Assembly: GCA_963777955.1 (NCBI GenBank)
Contig: CAVZSQ010000013.1
Location: 224,001 to 288,000 of the forward strand
Origin: Calditrichia bacterium
Lineage (GTDB): Bacteria > Calditrichota > Calditrichia > JAJRVZ01
Length of the DNA stretch: 64,000 nucleotides
Direction of reading: 5' to 3'
The position numbers were made by a program, and so were the translations under genes. The notes beneath the pieces are model-generated. The model saw only the letters and a program-made list of their open reading frames with translations, had not been told where the DNA came from and made no database searches. Of the stretch, positions 10,783 through 23,374 are shown piece after piece. Positions within the stretch are counted from its first letter, which is position 1. Each line of letters starts with the position of its first letter.

Positions 10783-13700
10783 TTAATTTTCTGCGGTGGC
10801 AGCCAGTGCTTTCAGTTTGGCTACATCTTTACGGCAAATCTTATTATACGGACAATAACTCTGGCAGCGCTCATCTTGCGGCTGAGTGGTATGATAAAAT
10901 TTTCCCCGGCTGATATTTTCCGTGTACTCAATAACAAAATCCAGGGAGCGCCCGATCAAATCCTGCAGGGTTATTTCCTCCCCATCTATTTTAACCGGCA
11001 GAAGTGTCTTGACTTTTTTCTTATCAAACCGTTCCGGTTGAGCGCCGCTATCGGCAAATACAGTATAGCGTTGACAATGATCGGCATCGCGTACCTGATA
11101 ATATCCGGCCGCCACGGGTGCAACTTTGGGCAGTAGCCGGCCGATCACATGTAAATATACCGGCAACTGCAGACTTCTGCCCTGGTAGAGATCTTCGACC
11201 TTGACGTTATCCACCCTGCTGCTGATTTTATAATCAAAGACCAGTAATTGCTGCTGTTGATTTATATCCACCCGGTCGATCTTGCCCACCAACCTGACCT
11301 TTTTATCCCGTTGCTGAATTGTAACAGGCCGCGGGCTGGAAAGCGGATCCTGGTAGCGGCCGCTTCCCGCACGTCCGAAAGCAACCTCAAAGTGGGCCGG
11401 CTGAAATCCGGTGAGCTGTTATTTCCGCAGTTTCCAGATCGATAAACTTTTCCCATAGTCCGGGAACACCTTCACGGCCAAAATATATTTCTTTTTCCAG
11501 GGTCCATAACAATCCGGAATACGGCAATTTATCAAATTCCTCTGCAGCAATCTTTACCAGCAGACCGAGCTGATCACCGGGATTCAGGCTGCTCTTTTTG
11601 TCCGCCAATTCCGCATAAAAGCGGAACAGGATCCGGTGCACCAGCGATCCCTTCTCCAGTGCGGTAATCTCAGCTTCTACTTCCTCTTCCTCTGCCAACT
11701 TCATTATCCGGTTCAGGAAGTATTGCATGGGACAGAAAGCATAACTTTCCAGTGCGGTGATAGAGAAAGGTTTTGACGCGAAAGTCTGCTGAAGAAGTTC
11801 TACCGCTACAGAATTTTCCTGGAGATTGCCTTCAAAACGATTCCGGCTGAAGCGGTTTAATTTTCTATAAGCGTTCTCCACTCCTGTCAACCAGTGTGTT
11901 GCGGCAGACAGGTTATTCAACGTCAACCAGTCTTTAAACCATTCCAGTTGCTGAGCAGTGAGAGCGGATTTGAAATTAGCACTCAGGTATTCTGAAAAAG
12001 TGTTGTTGGTTTGTGGCAGGGCTTCCGGGAGTGTATCATTTTCGATTTTTAGATGCAGATGCAGAGCAGAGCATCTGCATCTGCACCGGCACCTGCATCC
12101 TTTAAACTGGCCAGAAATGTTGAAGGTAACAATTCAATGTCGTTGCTGAATTTCGGGCAGGTTAGATAAACCTGTTCAGCGCTGGATGCCAGCAATTGAT
12201 AAAACAGGAAGCGGTCCTGGGCCAGTATATCTTCAGAAGCAGTCAAGCCCATTTGCTGGCGTTCCTGGTCATTAAAAAAAATGTCACGGCGGAAATGGCG
12301 GGGGAAATTTCCCTCCAGTAATCCGCCGATAAACAAATAATTACATTCCAGGGCCTGTATTTCCAGACGTGGCATGATCTGCACACCGTAATTTGACCAC
12401 TCGCGCAGATTAAAAGTTTCCTGTTGGATCAGCAACTTCAAATTACGGTAATAGTCGGACAGTGTTATGGCATTATCCTGCCACTGGAATTGCAGGATCC
12501 AGGTTAACTGTTCCAATAGTTTGATAAAACGGTTAAAGGCTCGGTAGATCCGTTCCTGTTCCTGGCGATTTAAATAATTTTGTTCATGTTCCAGCCAGTT
12601 CAACATTCCCAATTCAGACAGAACCCTGATAAAATGTTCCTTGAGCAGCACTGCCGGTGCGCTGGCGGGCAGGGATTGCAGGGAATGGATCAGGGGCGGC
12701 AGGCCGGACATCATTTTTTCAAGGGCCAGGAGATACTCAACATCGGTCTCTTCCTCGTCTGCTGCTTGCTGATCTTTTTTATGTTTGATAAAGGCCTGCA
12801 CCTGTTGCTGCCAATCCCTGCTCAGGTGTTTCATTCTCATTTGCCGGATTAATCGTTTCCAGGTCGCAGCCATATTTTCATGGCTATTAATAAGCGGTGA
12901 TAATAGCAAGGCGTAGACCTGCTCACAGTCAAAGCCCTGTGTTACTACTTTAAGCACCTGCAGATAGGACTGGATCAGCGAAGACTGGGCTAATGAAAAA
13001 CCGGTGGAAAGATTATAAGCGATTCCGGCATCTTTAAAAGCATTCCTGATCAGCGGGGCATAATTTTCCAGGTCGGGGAAGGTAATACCGAACTGGTGCA
13101 GGGGCAGACCGGTTTGCTGATGGAGTTTTTTAACAGTGGCAGCGATAAAGGCTACTTCCTGTTCTTTATTTTTCAGGATCCGGGCTGATATATCTTCGAC
13201 TCTCGCTGGCCGGTTCGACAGCGTAAGAGGTTTTAAAAAAATTCTGGTAAAGTGTATCCTGTCCGGACTCTTCTTTGATTTCTGCAGAGGAAAATTTCTG
13301 GAGTGTTTCGAAAGCCGGGCGGGTATGGGCAAATAATTCCTGATTTTGTTCATTGTATTCCAGTTTAATTTCCACCTGGCACCAGTCTTTGACCTTGTTA
13401 ATAAAATCAATCATCGGGGGTGTATAGATTCCATAGCCGCTGACGTAAATATATTGAACGGCGGGGAAAATCTGCCGGAACAGATTTTGATCCAGGCCCT
13501 GCACAGACTCTGACGATCACCCCCCGCTCGTCCAGTAATTGATCATTATATTTATTATGGAGGGAAGATAGAATCCTGCCAAAGTCTTTATATTTTTCCC
13601 GGCAGGTTGAAGGCGGTTGGGCAAAGTCTTTGGGCTGATAACCGAATTCACAGAACTCATCGAGCATCTGGTCAATATGGTTAATTAATCCCGAATTTGT

Positions 13701-14036
13701 CGGAAATTGATTCTTAAAATAAGTAAGGTCCAGCCCCTGTTCCCGGAGGATCTGGTTTATCAGAATTAACCGCATCGTTCGCGGAATAATTTTTCTGGGC
13801 CTGGATACAAATTGATAAATATAGCGGGTCAAGGAATTGAAGGTGAACAGGTGCGGATCAATCAGAATATGATCAGTAGTTTTTGTGACTAATTTTTTTG
13901 TTAAATAACGTACCGCCCGGTTGACGGGCAGCAGATAGATAAATGAATCCGCTCGCTGCTGGAGAAGTTCGATAATTTTATCAAGGAAATAATAATATTT
14001 CCCCTGAGGACCGGTATGTAGAGTCAATCCTGGCAT
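10783..14036 (-). CDS. addB: AddB-like inactive helicase/PD-(D/E)XK nuclease with Fe-S staple, broken by at least 4 frameshifts
   Basis: Fragments 13407-14036, 13166-13504, 12049-13410, 11387-11926, 10783-11292; FSITALESYAFCPMQYF, GSLVHRIL, GKIDRVD...FDYK, CQSYCPYNKIC (4-Cys arrangement of AddB). Confidence 0.85.
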
Positions 14037-14090
14037 AATATCTAAGTTTAGTACCTGAGTTCCTTAGTCCCTAAGTCCCTTTCGCCTGGT

Positions 14091-14153
14091 ACCCTCTTTG
14101 TCCTCTGAATCTCCTCCCTACATATAAGGGAGGCTGGACATAGGAGCTCGGGT
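14091..14153. repeat. REP-like hairpin, related to the copy at 21196-21250
   Basis: TCTCCTCCCT-acat-ATAAGGGAGG core shared with the 21.2 kb copy; preceded by octamer tandem cctgagtt/ccttagtc/cctaagtc. Confidence 0.55.
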
Positions 14154-14164
14154 TATCTGTGCCT

Positions 14165-15511
14165 TTATATCACTTCCCTCTTCTCCACGAACTTGAATCC
14201 TGCTTTTTTCAATTCCGGTAAAACCCGGGTATAGATCGCCGGGTGCGTGGGAATGTGACATCCGCTCAGGGGTAGTTGGCCGGTGAGCAACAACCTGGCC
14301 GCTATGGCGGCAGGCAGGCCCACGGCTTTAGCCATCGCAGTAAAGCCACCCGGTTCACCATACTCAATAAATGTGGAAGTAATCTTTTCTTTGCTTTTTT
14401 TCTCGACGGGATACTCAACTTCAAACTCATGCAGGATCAAAACCATATCGCGATCCTTATCCGCCAATTTCAGTTTCTTTTTCAGCAACTCGATCATGAC
14501 CGCCGAGGGAGTATCGCCATTACAGTTAACAATGTCATCGGAAAATAATCCCAACCAGGTCAGGTTATCCATGATCTTACCGGTAGGATGAATATTCAGG
14601 AAATTAGCCACGCGATGTTCCAGGTCAGCACCCGTGGAGTGTTGCGGCAGGAACATTTCCACCAGATCGCGATAGGTATATTTGTTCAGATCAGGTATAT
14701 GCATTTCCTCATTGGGCAGGCCCAGGCGCACTACCTGCAGCCAGGTCTCGCTCCAACCCGGATAACGCAGGGTGCCGCGGATCATGGTGTGTGTTTCTTC
14801 CAGGCCCAGCAATGCCCGGTATTTCAATGAATCGCGGTTGGGATATGCTTCCAGTTTCCCGATCCCCTCCAGTTGAACCGTCCAGGTGCGATGAAAAACT
14901 TCATGCGGCGGCAATATTTTAACTTTATTTTTTGACATATACTGGGCACCCGCTTCTCCTGCCATCACTACGTTGCGGGGATTCCAGGTGATGACATAAC
15001 GCAGGGGATTGGTGGAAGAATCCGGTGCCGGCAGTCCGCTGCCGTAAGATTTGAAACTGGCGATCTTCCCCCCTTTGTCCCGTACTTCCTGAATTACTTT
15101 CATGGCCGACATGTGATCAATGCCAGGATCAAGACCCATTTCATTGAGTATTAAAACTCCTTTACGCTGAGCATCAATATTTATTTCATTCATCCGGTCA
15201 TCCTGGTAAGAGGCCGTGATCAGATGTTTTCCTTTGGCAATACAAAGTAAGGCCAGAACATATTGATAAAAAGGGGGCAGAAAACTGATTACGACATCGG
15301 ATTTCTCGATCTGGCTCTGGCGGGCTTCGGTATCATTTATATCAAAAGACAGACTGTTACCGCGGGGATGATTTTTGATTACTCTTTTAGCTACATCGGG
15401 TTCCTTATCGCCAACAGTTATGAACCAGTCGTTTTGAACAGCCTGTTTCAGTAAATAGTCAATCATGTATGGGGTGCTCAATCCGGCACCTAAAACCAAA
15501 ACATTTTTCAT
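14165..15511 (-). CDS. Saccharopine dehydrogenase (NADP+, LYS9/AASS-SDH type)
   Basis: MKNVLVLGAGLS Rossmann start (ATG 15511 preferred over 15622), NEMGLDPGIDHMSA, ITWNPRNV, EAYPNRDS, RGTLRYPGW, TAMAKAVGLP. Confidence 0.9.
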   Translation of the reverse strand: MKNVLVLGAGLSTPYMIDYLLKQAVQNDWFITVGDKEPDVAKRVIKNHPRGNSLSFDINDTEARQSQIEKSDVVISFLPPFYQYVLALLCIAKGKHLITASYQDDRMNEINIDAQRKGVLILNEMGLDPGIDHMSAMKVIQEVRDKGGKIASFKSYGSGLPAPDSSTNPLRYVITWNPRNVVMAGEAGAQYMSKNKVKILPPHEVFHRTWTVQLEGIGKLEAYPNRDSLKYRALLGLEETHTMIRGTLRYPGWSETWLQVVRLGLPNEEMHIPDLNKYTYRDLVEMFLPQHSTGADLEHRVANFLNIHPTGKIMDNLTWLGLFSDDIVNCNGDTPSAVMIELLKKKLKLADKDRDMVLILHEFEVEYPVEKKSKEKITSTFIEYGEPGGFTAMAKAVGLPAAIAARLLLTGQLPLSGCHIPTHPAIYTRVLPELKKAGFKFVEKREVI

Positions 15512-15527
15512 GTTTATTGTCCCTTTT

Positions 15528-18500
15528 TTATTCCGGCAAATAATCCAGATTCGCTCCCAACCACTTTTCAGCAGTATGGATATCAATCCCTTTACGCCGG
15601 GCATAATCGAGTACCTGATCACGCGATATTTTGCCTACGCCAAAATAGGATGCCTGGGGATGTGCAAAATAATAACCGCACACCGAAGCTGCCGGCAGCA
15701 TGGCCTGGCTTTCTGTTAAACTGATGCCGGTATGTTCAGTTACCTTCAAAACTCCGAACAGGGTCTCTTTTTCACTATGATCGGGACAGGCGGGATAACC
15801 CGGAGCAGGTCGAATTCCACGATATTTTTCCTGAATCAGGTTCTCGTTATTTAATTCCTCCCCCTGGCATAGCCCCAGTAATCCCTGCGCACCTGTTGAT
15901 GCATTAATTCAGCGCATGCTTCAGCCAGACGGTCCGCCAGGGCCTTCAGTAAAATAGCCTGGTAATCATCATGTTGACTTTCGAACTGTTGAACTTTTTC
16001 CGCGCTGCCGATTCCGGCAGTAACCGCGAACAAGCCTAGATAATCCGGTTTTCCAGAGGATTGCGGAGCGATAAAATCGGCCAGGGCCAGGTTGGTGCGA
16101 TTCTGGCCTTTCTCCCCCTGTTGTCGCAGAGTATGAAAAATCGCCAGGATTTGTTTCCTGTTCCGCTCAGTGAAAATTGTGATGTCATCCCCTGAACTGC
16201 TGGCAGGATAGATGCCGATTACTGCTCTGGCTTGCAACCACTGTTCCTTAATGATTTTATCCAGCATATTCTGTGCGTCAGAGTATAGTTTGGCAGCCTC
16301 GATTCCTGATTCCTTGTCTTCCAGGATCTGTGGAAATTTCCCTTTTAATTCCCAGACCTGGAAGAAGGGTGTCCAATCGATCCGTTGACTGATTTCCGCC
16401 AGAGATAAATTCCGAAACACCTTCGCGCCCAGAAGATTCGGTTCCGGCGATTCGAACAATTCCCAGTTAATGACCAGTTTCCTCCGGCGGGCTTCACTCA
16501 ACGGTAATAATTGCTGGTCCTGATGTTTTTTACTATGCGCATCCCGTACTTTAACATATTCATTGGCTACTGCATTGAGATAGTCCGGTTTGAGTTCCGC
16601 ATTAAGCAAATTATTGACCACGCCTACTGCCCGCGAGGCATCAAGTACATGAATGACTGCACCTTGATAGAGCGGGGCGATTTTAACTGCAGTATGAACC
16701 CTGGAAGTAGTAGCACCGCCGATCAATATCGGCAGATTAATATTTTGCCGCTGAAATTCCCTGGCCACATGCACCATTTCATCCAGGGAAGGGGTGATCA
16801 GACCGCTTAAGCCGATAATGTCGGCCTGGTACTTTTGAACACTTTCTAATATTTTTTCGGCCGGAGTCATCACGCCCAGATCGATCACTTCATAATTATT
16901 ACAACCCAGCACCACGCCGACAATATTTTTACCTATATCATGTACATCACCTTTAACCGTGGCCAGAACAATGGTACCAGCCTTACGATGGGCCATTGCC
17001 GCAGACTGCTGTTCCAGGTAGGGGGTCAGGTAGGCCACAGCTTTTTTCATCACCCGGGCACTTTTTACCACCTGAGGCAGAAACATTTTTCCTGCGCCGA
17101 ACAGATCACCGACAACATTCATACCTTCCATCAGGGGTCCTTCGATGACCTTTAACGATTCTCCTAATGCCTGTCTGGCTTCAGCCGTGTCCTGCTCTAT
17201 ATATTCAACGATACCCTTGATCAACGCATGTTTGAGCCGTTCGGCCACCGGAAGTTGGCGCCAGGCCGGATCTTCAGTTTTGCTCTCCTGCTTATGCAGA
17301 TCTTTACCAATTTGCAGTAATTGTTCGGTGGCCTCTGCGGTCCGGTTCAGCAATAAATTCTCGGCCCGTTGCCTGAGTTCCGCCGGAATTTCTTCATAAA
17401 CCGGCAATTGACCGGCATTTACAATGCCCATATCCAGGCCCGCCTGGATCGCGTGATAGAGAAAAACAGAATGCATGGCTTCGCGGATGACATTGTTGCC
17501 CCGGAAGGCAAAAGAGACATTACTGATCCCGCCGCTGATCAGTGAATCGGGGAACAGTGATTTTAACTCCCGGGTGGCTGCAAAAAAATTGAGGGCATAG
17601 TTATTGTGTTCTTCCATACCCGTACCAACCGCAAATATATTGGGATCAAAAATAATGTCCTGCGCTGAAAAATTCAGTTTTTCAGTGAGTAAACGATAGG
17701 CCCGGCTGAGGATGGCGACTTTACGTTCCATGGTTTCGGCCTGGCCCTGTTCATCAAAGGCCATAACGATGACAGCGGCGCCATACTGCCGGGCCCGGGC
17801 CGCATGCTGTAAAAAGATCTCTTCCCCTTCTTTCAGGCTGATCGAGTTGACAATACCTTTGCCCTGCAGACATTTAAGACCCGCTTCGATTACCGACCAC
17901 CTGGATGAATCGAGCATAACCGGCAGACGGGCAATTTCAGGCTCCGCGGCGATCAGGTTGAGAAAATGGACCATTACTTTTTCCGAATCCAGCAATCCTT
18001 CATCCATATTGATGTCAAGAATCTGCGCACCGTTATCCACCTGTTCCCGGGCCACCTGTACGGCTTCTTCAAAATTTTCTTCAATAATTAGTTTTTTAAA
18101 TCTGGATGAACCGGTAACATTACATCTCTCACCAACATTAATGAAATTTGAATCAGGCCTGACCAGCAGTGGTTCCAGTCCGCTGAAGCAGGAAACTATT
18201 TTCGGTTGTGATATACGACGCGGAATTTTATCGGAAACGATGGCTGCAATTTTCTGAATATGTTCAGGGGTGGTACCGCAGCAACCGCCAACAATATTGA
18301 TAAAACCGCTTCCGGCATATTCACCCAGAATAGCAGCTGTAAATTCCGGTAATTCATCGTAGCCGCCGAAGGCATTAGGCAGGCCGGCATTGGGATGAAT
18401 ACTGACATAACAGTGTGACAAGCGGGACAGTTCTTCGATGAAGGGCCGCATCTGCCCGGCCCCCAGCGAGCAGTTAATACCGGTCGAGAAAAAATCAAAA

Positions 18501-19207
18501 TGTGAAACCGATATTAAAAAAGCTTCCAGGGTTTGACCGGAAAGTGTCCTGCCGCTGGCGTCAATCATCGAGACCGAAATCATTACCGGTATTTTTTTAC
18601 CTGTTTTTTGAAATTGCTCGTCTATAACGTATAGAATAGCTTTGCAGTTTAGTGTATCAAAGACCGTTTCCACCAGCAGCAGGTCGACCTCCCCGTCGAG
18701 CAGACCGCGGACCTGATCACGATAACCGGCTGCAACATCATCAAAGTTAACTCTACGATAGGCGGGCCGGTTAATGTCGGGTGATAATGAGGCGGTCTGA
18801 TTTGATGGTCCGATAGAGCCGGCTACAAAACGCGGTTTAGCGGGTTGCAATTGAGTGAAATCATCGGCCACCTGGCGGGCCAGTTGCGCAGACCTGAAAT
18901 TCATTTCATAGACTGTGTCGCTTAATTGATAATCCTTCTGGGATAGACTGTTGGCATTGAAAGTATTCGTCTCAATAATGTCGGCACCGGCATGAAAATA
19001 CTGACGATGAATGGTGGCGATCTCCTCCGCCTGGGTAAGTGATAAAAGATCCGTATTGCCCTTCAGATCGACGGGATGATCTTTAAACCGTTCACCGCGG
19101 TAATCTGTTTCCTGCAGTCCCAACCGCTGGGTCATGGTACCCATCGCGCCATCAAGTACCATGATGCGTTGATTCAATATTTCCTGCAAAATCCGTGTTT
19201 TATTCAT
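15528..19207 (-). CDS. metH: Cobalamin-dependent methionine synthase, frameshift in a G-run near 15860
   Basis: [38 protein letters not shown]12 motif, SGLITPSL; other frame continues [16 protein letters not shown]...[12 protein letters not shown]. Confidence 0.96.
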
Positions 19208-19358
19208 GCGGTTAAGTTCTTTATTTTCGATTAATTAACTATTAGTTTTATCAATTTAATCTAAAATACTATGATTTTTAGTAAAAGTGGAAACAATTCA
19301 GTATATTTTTTCGCTTTAATTAATATGCGTCTGATCAATCGTTATATAATAGGAATTC

Positions 19359-19778
19359 TTGCTGATGAGTGAAACCGTTAATTTATCCATGGTCGAAATC
19401 GTGTCAAGATTGCATAAGATTGATCTGCCCGCAATCGATTTAATCGTAGGTATTGCCTCGGGAGGAATTGTTCCGGCCAGTTTACTGGCCTATAAACTTC
19501 AGAAACCGCTGCAACTTATCCACATCAACTACCGGGACGTTCACAATAAGCCTAAATTCGGGCAACCGCAGTTACTGGAAAATTTCCAGATCGAACAGAT
19601 GAACCAGAGAATTTTAATAGTAGATGATGTCAGTGTAACAGGCAGCACACTGAATTTTGTAAAAGAATTACTAAAAAATCAGCAGGTCTGGACCTTCACC
19701 ATGAAAGGTAAAGCCGATTTTGTATTATTTCCCGAAATATCTTCATGCGTGACCTGGCCGTGGAAAGCTAAACTATAA
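19359..19778 (+). CDS. Small type I phosphoribosyltransferase
   Basis: GIASGG and PRPP-binding ILIVDDVSVTGSTL; C-terminal TWPW. Confidence 0.85.
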   Translation: MLMSETVNLSMVEIVSRLHKIDLPAIDLIVGIASGGIVPASLLAYKLQKPLQLIHINYRDVHNKPKFGQPQLLENFQIEQMNQRILIVDDVSVTGSTLNFVKELLKNQQVWTFTMKGKADFVLFPEISSCVTWPWKAKL

Positions 19779-19828
19779 TGATTTACCCTTTATAAACATA
19801 ATTATGATTATGACAGGCTGTTCAGGTC

Positions 19829-21176
19829 TTAATCGGTTGAAGCCTTATCCAGATTTTTGTTCCACAGATATCCCCGCGTTTCAGTAACAATCACTGCCTG
19901 CAGGACCAACAACGAAACAAGATTGGGAATGGCCATTAATCCGTTGGTTATATCGGCCAGCGACCAGACCAGCGGCAGTGATAACACCGATCCGATCATT
20001 ACCACTACCACCCACAACCAGCGGTAGGGCTGAATAGCTTTACGACCCCAGATGTATTCGGCTGCTTTTTCACCGTAGTAGGACCAGCCCAGGATTGTGG
20101 AAAAAACAAAGGTTAACAAACCCACGGTTAGCACCAGCGGACCCACCAGCGGGATATCACTGAACGCAGCTTTGGTCAGAGCCGCTCCTTTGACACCCGT
20201 CATCCATTCACCGGAATTGACGATAACCAGTCCGGTCATGGCACACACTATCACAGTGTCCCAGAAAGTACCCGTTGATGAAACCAGTGCCTGCCGTACC
20301 GGGTTTTTGGTCTGAGCGGCAGCGGCCACAATGGGGGCGCTGCCTAATCCCGATTCATTGGAAAAGAGGCCGCGGGCTACACCGTAGCGAATTGCTTCCT
20401 TCATGCCGGCACCAAGAAAACCACCGATCATCGCCTGTCCGCTGAAGGCCGAGTTAATGATCAGCATAAAAGTGCCGGGAATCTTCTGCCAGTCAAGCCA
20501 GAGCAGTATCAGGCAACCGAGCACATAAAATATGGCCATAAAGGGAACCAGTTTTTCACAGACCTTGGCAATTGATTTAATACCACCCAGGATTACAATG
20601 GCGGTCAGCACGGTAAGTACGATACCTGTGATCCAGGTTTCTATTCCAAAGGTTTCCTGCACAAGCGAAGAGATGGAATTGGCCTGAACCATATTGCCGA
20701 TTCCGAAAGCAGAAACCGCAGTCAGGGCGGCGAAGATGATACCCAGCCATTTTTTATTCATACCCCGTTCCAGGACATACATGGGTCCGCCGGCCATCAG
20801 GCCATCCGCGGTTTTGATGCGGTATTTCACTGCCAGCAGAGCTTCTGAATATTTTGTAGCTATTCCGAAAACGCCCGTCAGCCACATCCATAATACCGCC
20901 CCGGGACCACCGGAGGCGACAGCGGTTGCCACACCCACAATATTACCGGTACCAATGGTCGCTGCCAGGGCAGTAGTCAACGCCCCAAACTGGCTGACAT
21001 CTCCGCTGCCTTCGGTCGATCGTTTCAATGATAACTTTATGGCCGTACCCAGATAGCGTTGTATAAAACGCAACCGGAAAGTAAGGAAAACATGTGTACC
21101 CAATAAAAGTATAAGCAGAGGTGGACCCCAAACCAGGTTACTGATATCGGAAATAATCTGTTCTAGTTGTGACCAT
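19829..21176 (-). CDS. Alanine/glycine:cation symporter (AGCS family); likely true ATG at 21176 is one base out of frame
   Basis: ATIGTGNIVGVATA, GGPGAVLWMW, GGPMY, RGLFSNESGLGSAP, TILGWSYYGE; SD AGAGG precedes ATG at 21176; the ORF-track extension to 21271 translates repeat DNA. Confidence 0.92.
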
Positions 21177-21195
21177 GCTAAACCTCTTCTATTTG

Positions 21196-21250
21196 ACCCT
21201 CCCCTTTTCTCCTCCCTGTATACATAAGGGAGGGGGTGAAAGGGGTGGGT
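21196..21250. repeat. REP-like extended hairpin
   Basis: ACCCTCCCCTTT..CCTCCCT-gtatacata-AGGGAGG..AAAGGGGTGGGT. Confidence 0.65.
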
Positions 21251-21260
21251 TTTGCAATTT

Positions 21261-21289
21261 TCTACAGACATTTGATGCCTGCGGCATCA
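21261..21289. repeat. Second REP-like hairpin
   Basis: tctacagacatt-TGATGCC-tgc-GGCATCA. Confidence 0.45.
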
Positions 21290-21372
21290 TTACTCCATAT
21301 CTTCTTGATTCTAAAATCTTTCATCTTTAATCTTTATTTTTGTGCCTCAGTGCCTCATTGTTTGCCTTATTT

Positions 21373-21414
21373 TTTACCCTTTACCCTTTACCCTTTGCCC
21401 TTTGCCCTTTATCC
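21373..21414. repeat. Heptamer tandem repeat, 6 units, overlapping the uvrB 3' end
   Basis: tttaccc x3, tttgccc x2, tttatcc; encodes [12 protein letters not shown]. Confidence 0.8.
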
Positions 21415-23374
21415 TTTTTATCTCATCCCTGATCATGGCTGCCCGTTCAAATTCCAGGTTAGCGGCCTTGGCTTTCATTTCTATTTCCAGGCGTTCCAGC
21501 AGTTCTTCCCGGTCTAAGATACCATATTCCATTTGCGGTTCTGCTACTTTGGGCAATTTATGCCGGACTTCGGCGATGCTGGTGGCAGCCAGAATTTCTT
21601 CGGTCGTCTTATATATCGTAGTTGCGGTAATACCATGATCCTGATTGTACTGCAACTGCTTCTCCCGGCGACGATTGGTTTCATCAATTGTTTTACGCAT
21701 GGATTCGGTCATTTTATCCGCATAAAAAATGACACGACCTCCGATATTGCGGGCTGCCCGGCCGGAAGTTTGCATTAATGATACATACGAGCGCAGGAAT
21801 CCTTCTTTGTCCGCATCCAGCACTGCTACCAGTGAAACCTCCGGCAGATCCAGACCTTCACGTAACAAATTAATTCCCACCAGCACATCAAACTCGGCCA
21901 GGCGCAAATCGCGCAGGATATCTACCCGTTCCAGGGCATTGATCTCCGAATGCAAATACCGCACATTTATATTCATGCCCCGCAAATAGTCGGTCAGATC
22001 CTCGGACATGCGCTTGGTCAGCGTTGTAACCAGGGTACGTTCTTTCTTTTTCACCTGTGTTCTGATTTCAGCAATCAAATCATCAATCTGGGTGGCGACG
22101 GGACGGACTTCGATCTGCGGATCGACCAGACCGGTGGGACGTATTACCTGCTCAACTATTACTCCTTTACTCCGGGTTAGTTCGTATTCCGCTGGTGTAG
22201 CCGATACATAGATCACCTGCGGCATGTGTTCCTCAAATTCCTGAAATTTTAACGGACGATTGTCCAGGGCACTGGGCAGGCGAAATCCATATTCCACCAG
22301 CGTTTCCTTGCGGGAGCGGTCGCCGTTATACATTGCTTTTACCTGTGGTATGGACTGATGACTTTCATCGATAAATATCAGGAAATCTTTGGGGAAAAAA
22401 TCTATCAGCGTATAGGGCGGTTCGCCTGGTGCCCGGCCGGTAAGATGCCTGGAATAATTCTCAATTCCCGAGCAATAACCGATTTCCTGCATCATTTCCA
22501 GATCGAAATTCGTCCGCATCTCCAGCCGCTGCGCCTCTAAAAGTTTATTGTGCTGGCGCAGAAATTCCAATTGTAGCTGTAATTCTTCCCGTATTGTCTG
22601 AATAGCCTGCTGCAGTTTATCGCTGGTGGTTACAAAATGCCGTGCCGGATAAATGACAGCCAGCGGCACTTTTTGCATCACCGTACCGCTGACAACATCA
22701 ATCCAGCAAAGATTTTCTATTTCATTGCCGAAATATTCAACCCGCAGCGCTTCTTCGCCGTAGGCCGGGAAAATATCGACTGTATCACCGCGCACCCTGA
22801 AGGTTCCGCGCTGAAAATCAAAATCATTACGGTTATACTGGATATCAACCAGTTTCAACAACAGATCATTCCGTTCGAACTTGTCACCCTGACGAATCAT
22901 AACCATTAATTTTTGGTAATCCTGCGGCGAACCCAATCCATAAATACAGGATACACTGGCCACGATGATTACATCACGCCTGGCCATCAGCGAGGAAGTA
23001 GCTTTTAAACGCAAACGATCGATCTCATCGTTGATGGAGGAATCTTTTTCAATATATGTATCGGTTTGCGGTACATAGGCTTCCGGCTGGTAATAATCAT
23101 AATAAGAGATAAAAAATTCTACGGCATTCTGTGGAAAGAAACCTTTAAATTCTCCGTACAATTGCGCCGCCAGGGTTTTGTTATGAGAAATAACCAGAGT
23201 TGGCAGATTGACTCCGGCAATTACGTTAGCCATGGTAAATGTTTTACCGCTGCCGGTAACCCCCAACAAAGTCTGATGCTTGACATTACTGCGGATCCCG
23301 TCGCACAGTTCTTTAATGGCCTGAGGTTGATCCCCCTGCGGCTGATACTTTGACTGTAGTTGAAATTGGTTCAT
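21374..23374 (-). CDS. uvrB: Excinuclease ABC subunit B
   Basis: [56 protein letters not shown]-terminal UVR domain. Confidence 0.98.
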   Translation of the reverse strand: MNQFQLQSKYQPQGDQPQAIKELCDGIRSNVKHQTLLGVTGSGKTFTMANVIAGVNLPTLVISHNKTLAAQLYGEFKGFFPQNAVEFFISYYDYYQPEAYVPQTDTYIEKDSSINDEIDRLRLKATSSLMARRDVIIVASVSCIYGLGSPQDYQKLMVMIRQGDKFERNDLLLKLVDIQYNRNDFDFQRGTFRVRGDTVDIFPAYGEEALRVEYFGNEIENLCWIDVVSGTVMQKVPLAVIYPARHFVTTSDKLQQAIQTIREELQLQLEFLRQHNKLLEAQRLEMRTNFDLEMMQEIGYCSGIENYSRHLTGRAPGEPPYTLIDFFPKDFLIFIDESHQSIPQVKAMYNGDRSRKETLVEYGFRLPSALDNRPLKFQEFEEHMPQVIYVSATPAEYELTRSKGVIVEQVIRPTGLVDPQIEVRPVATQIDDLIAEIRTQVKKKERTLVTTLTKRMSEDLTDYLRGMNINVRYLHSEINALERVDILRDLRLAEFDVLVGINLLREGLDLPEVSLVAVLDADKEGFLRSYVSLMQTSGRAARNIGGRVIFYADKMTESMRKTIDETNRRREKQLQYNQDHGITATTIYKTTEEILAATSIAEVRHKLPKVAEPQMEYGILDREELLERLEIEMKAKAANLEFERAAMIRDEIKRIKGKGQRVKGKG

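Noticed and set aside
5005..14036. Cas4-like or anti-phage nuclease/helicase system
   Set aside because: The Fe-S PD-(D/E)XK and UvrD fragments reassemble into ordinary AddB and AddA
15840..15875. Programmed ribosomal frameshift or phase variation in metH and other split genes
   Set aside because: No consistent slippery site, and indels are scattered over unrelated genes, so consensus error is more parsimonious
19208..19358. SAM or cobalamin riboswitch upstream of metH
   Set aside because: Short, very AT-rich, no conserved riboswitch core visible
21177..21372. Glycine riboswitch upstream of the Ala/Gly symporter
   Set aside because: No tandem aptamer motifs; the region is explained by REP-like hairpins and short tandem repeats
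21373..21414. Telomere-like repeat or CRISPR array
   Set aside because: Unit is TTTRCCC, not TTTAGGG; no spacers and no cas genes in the window
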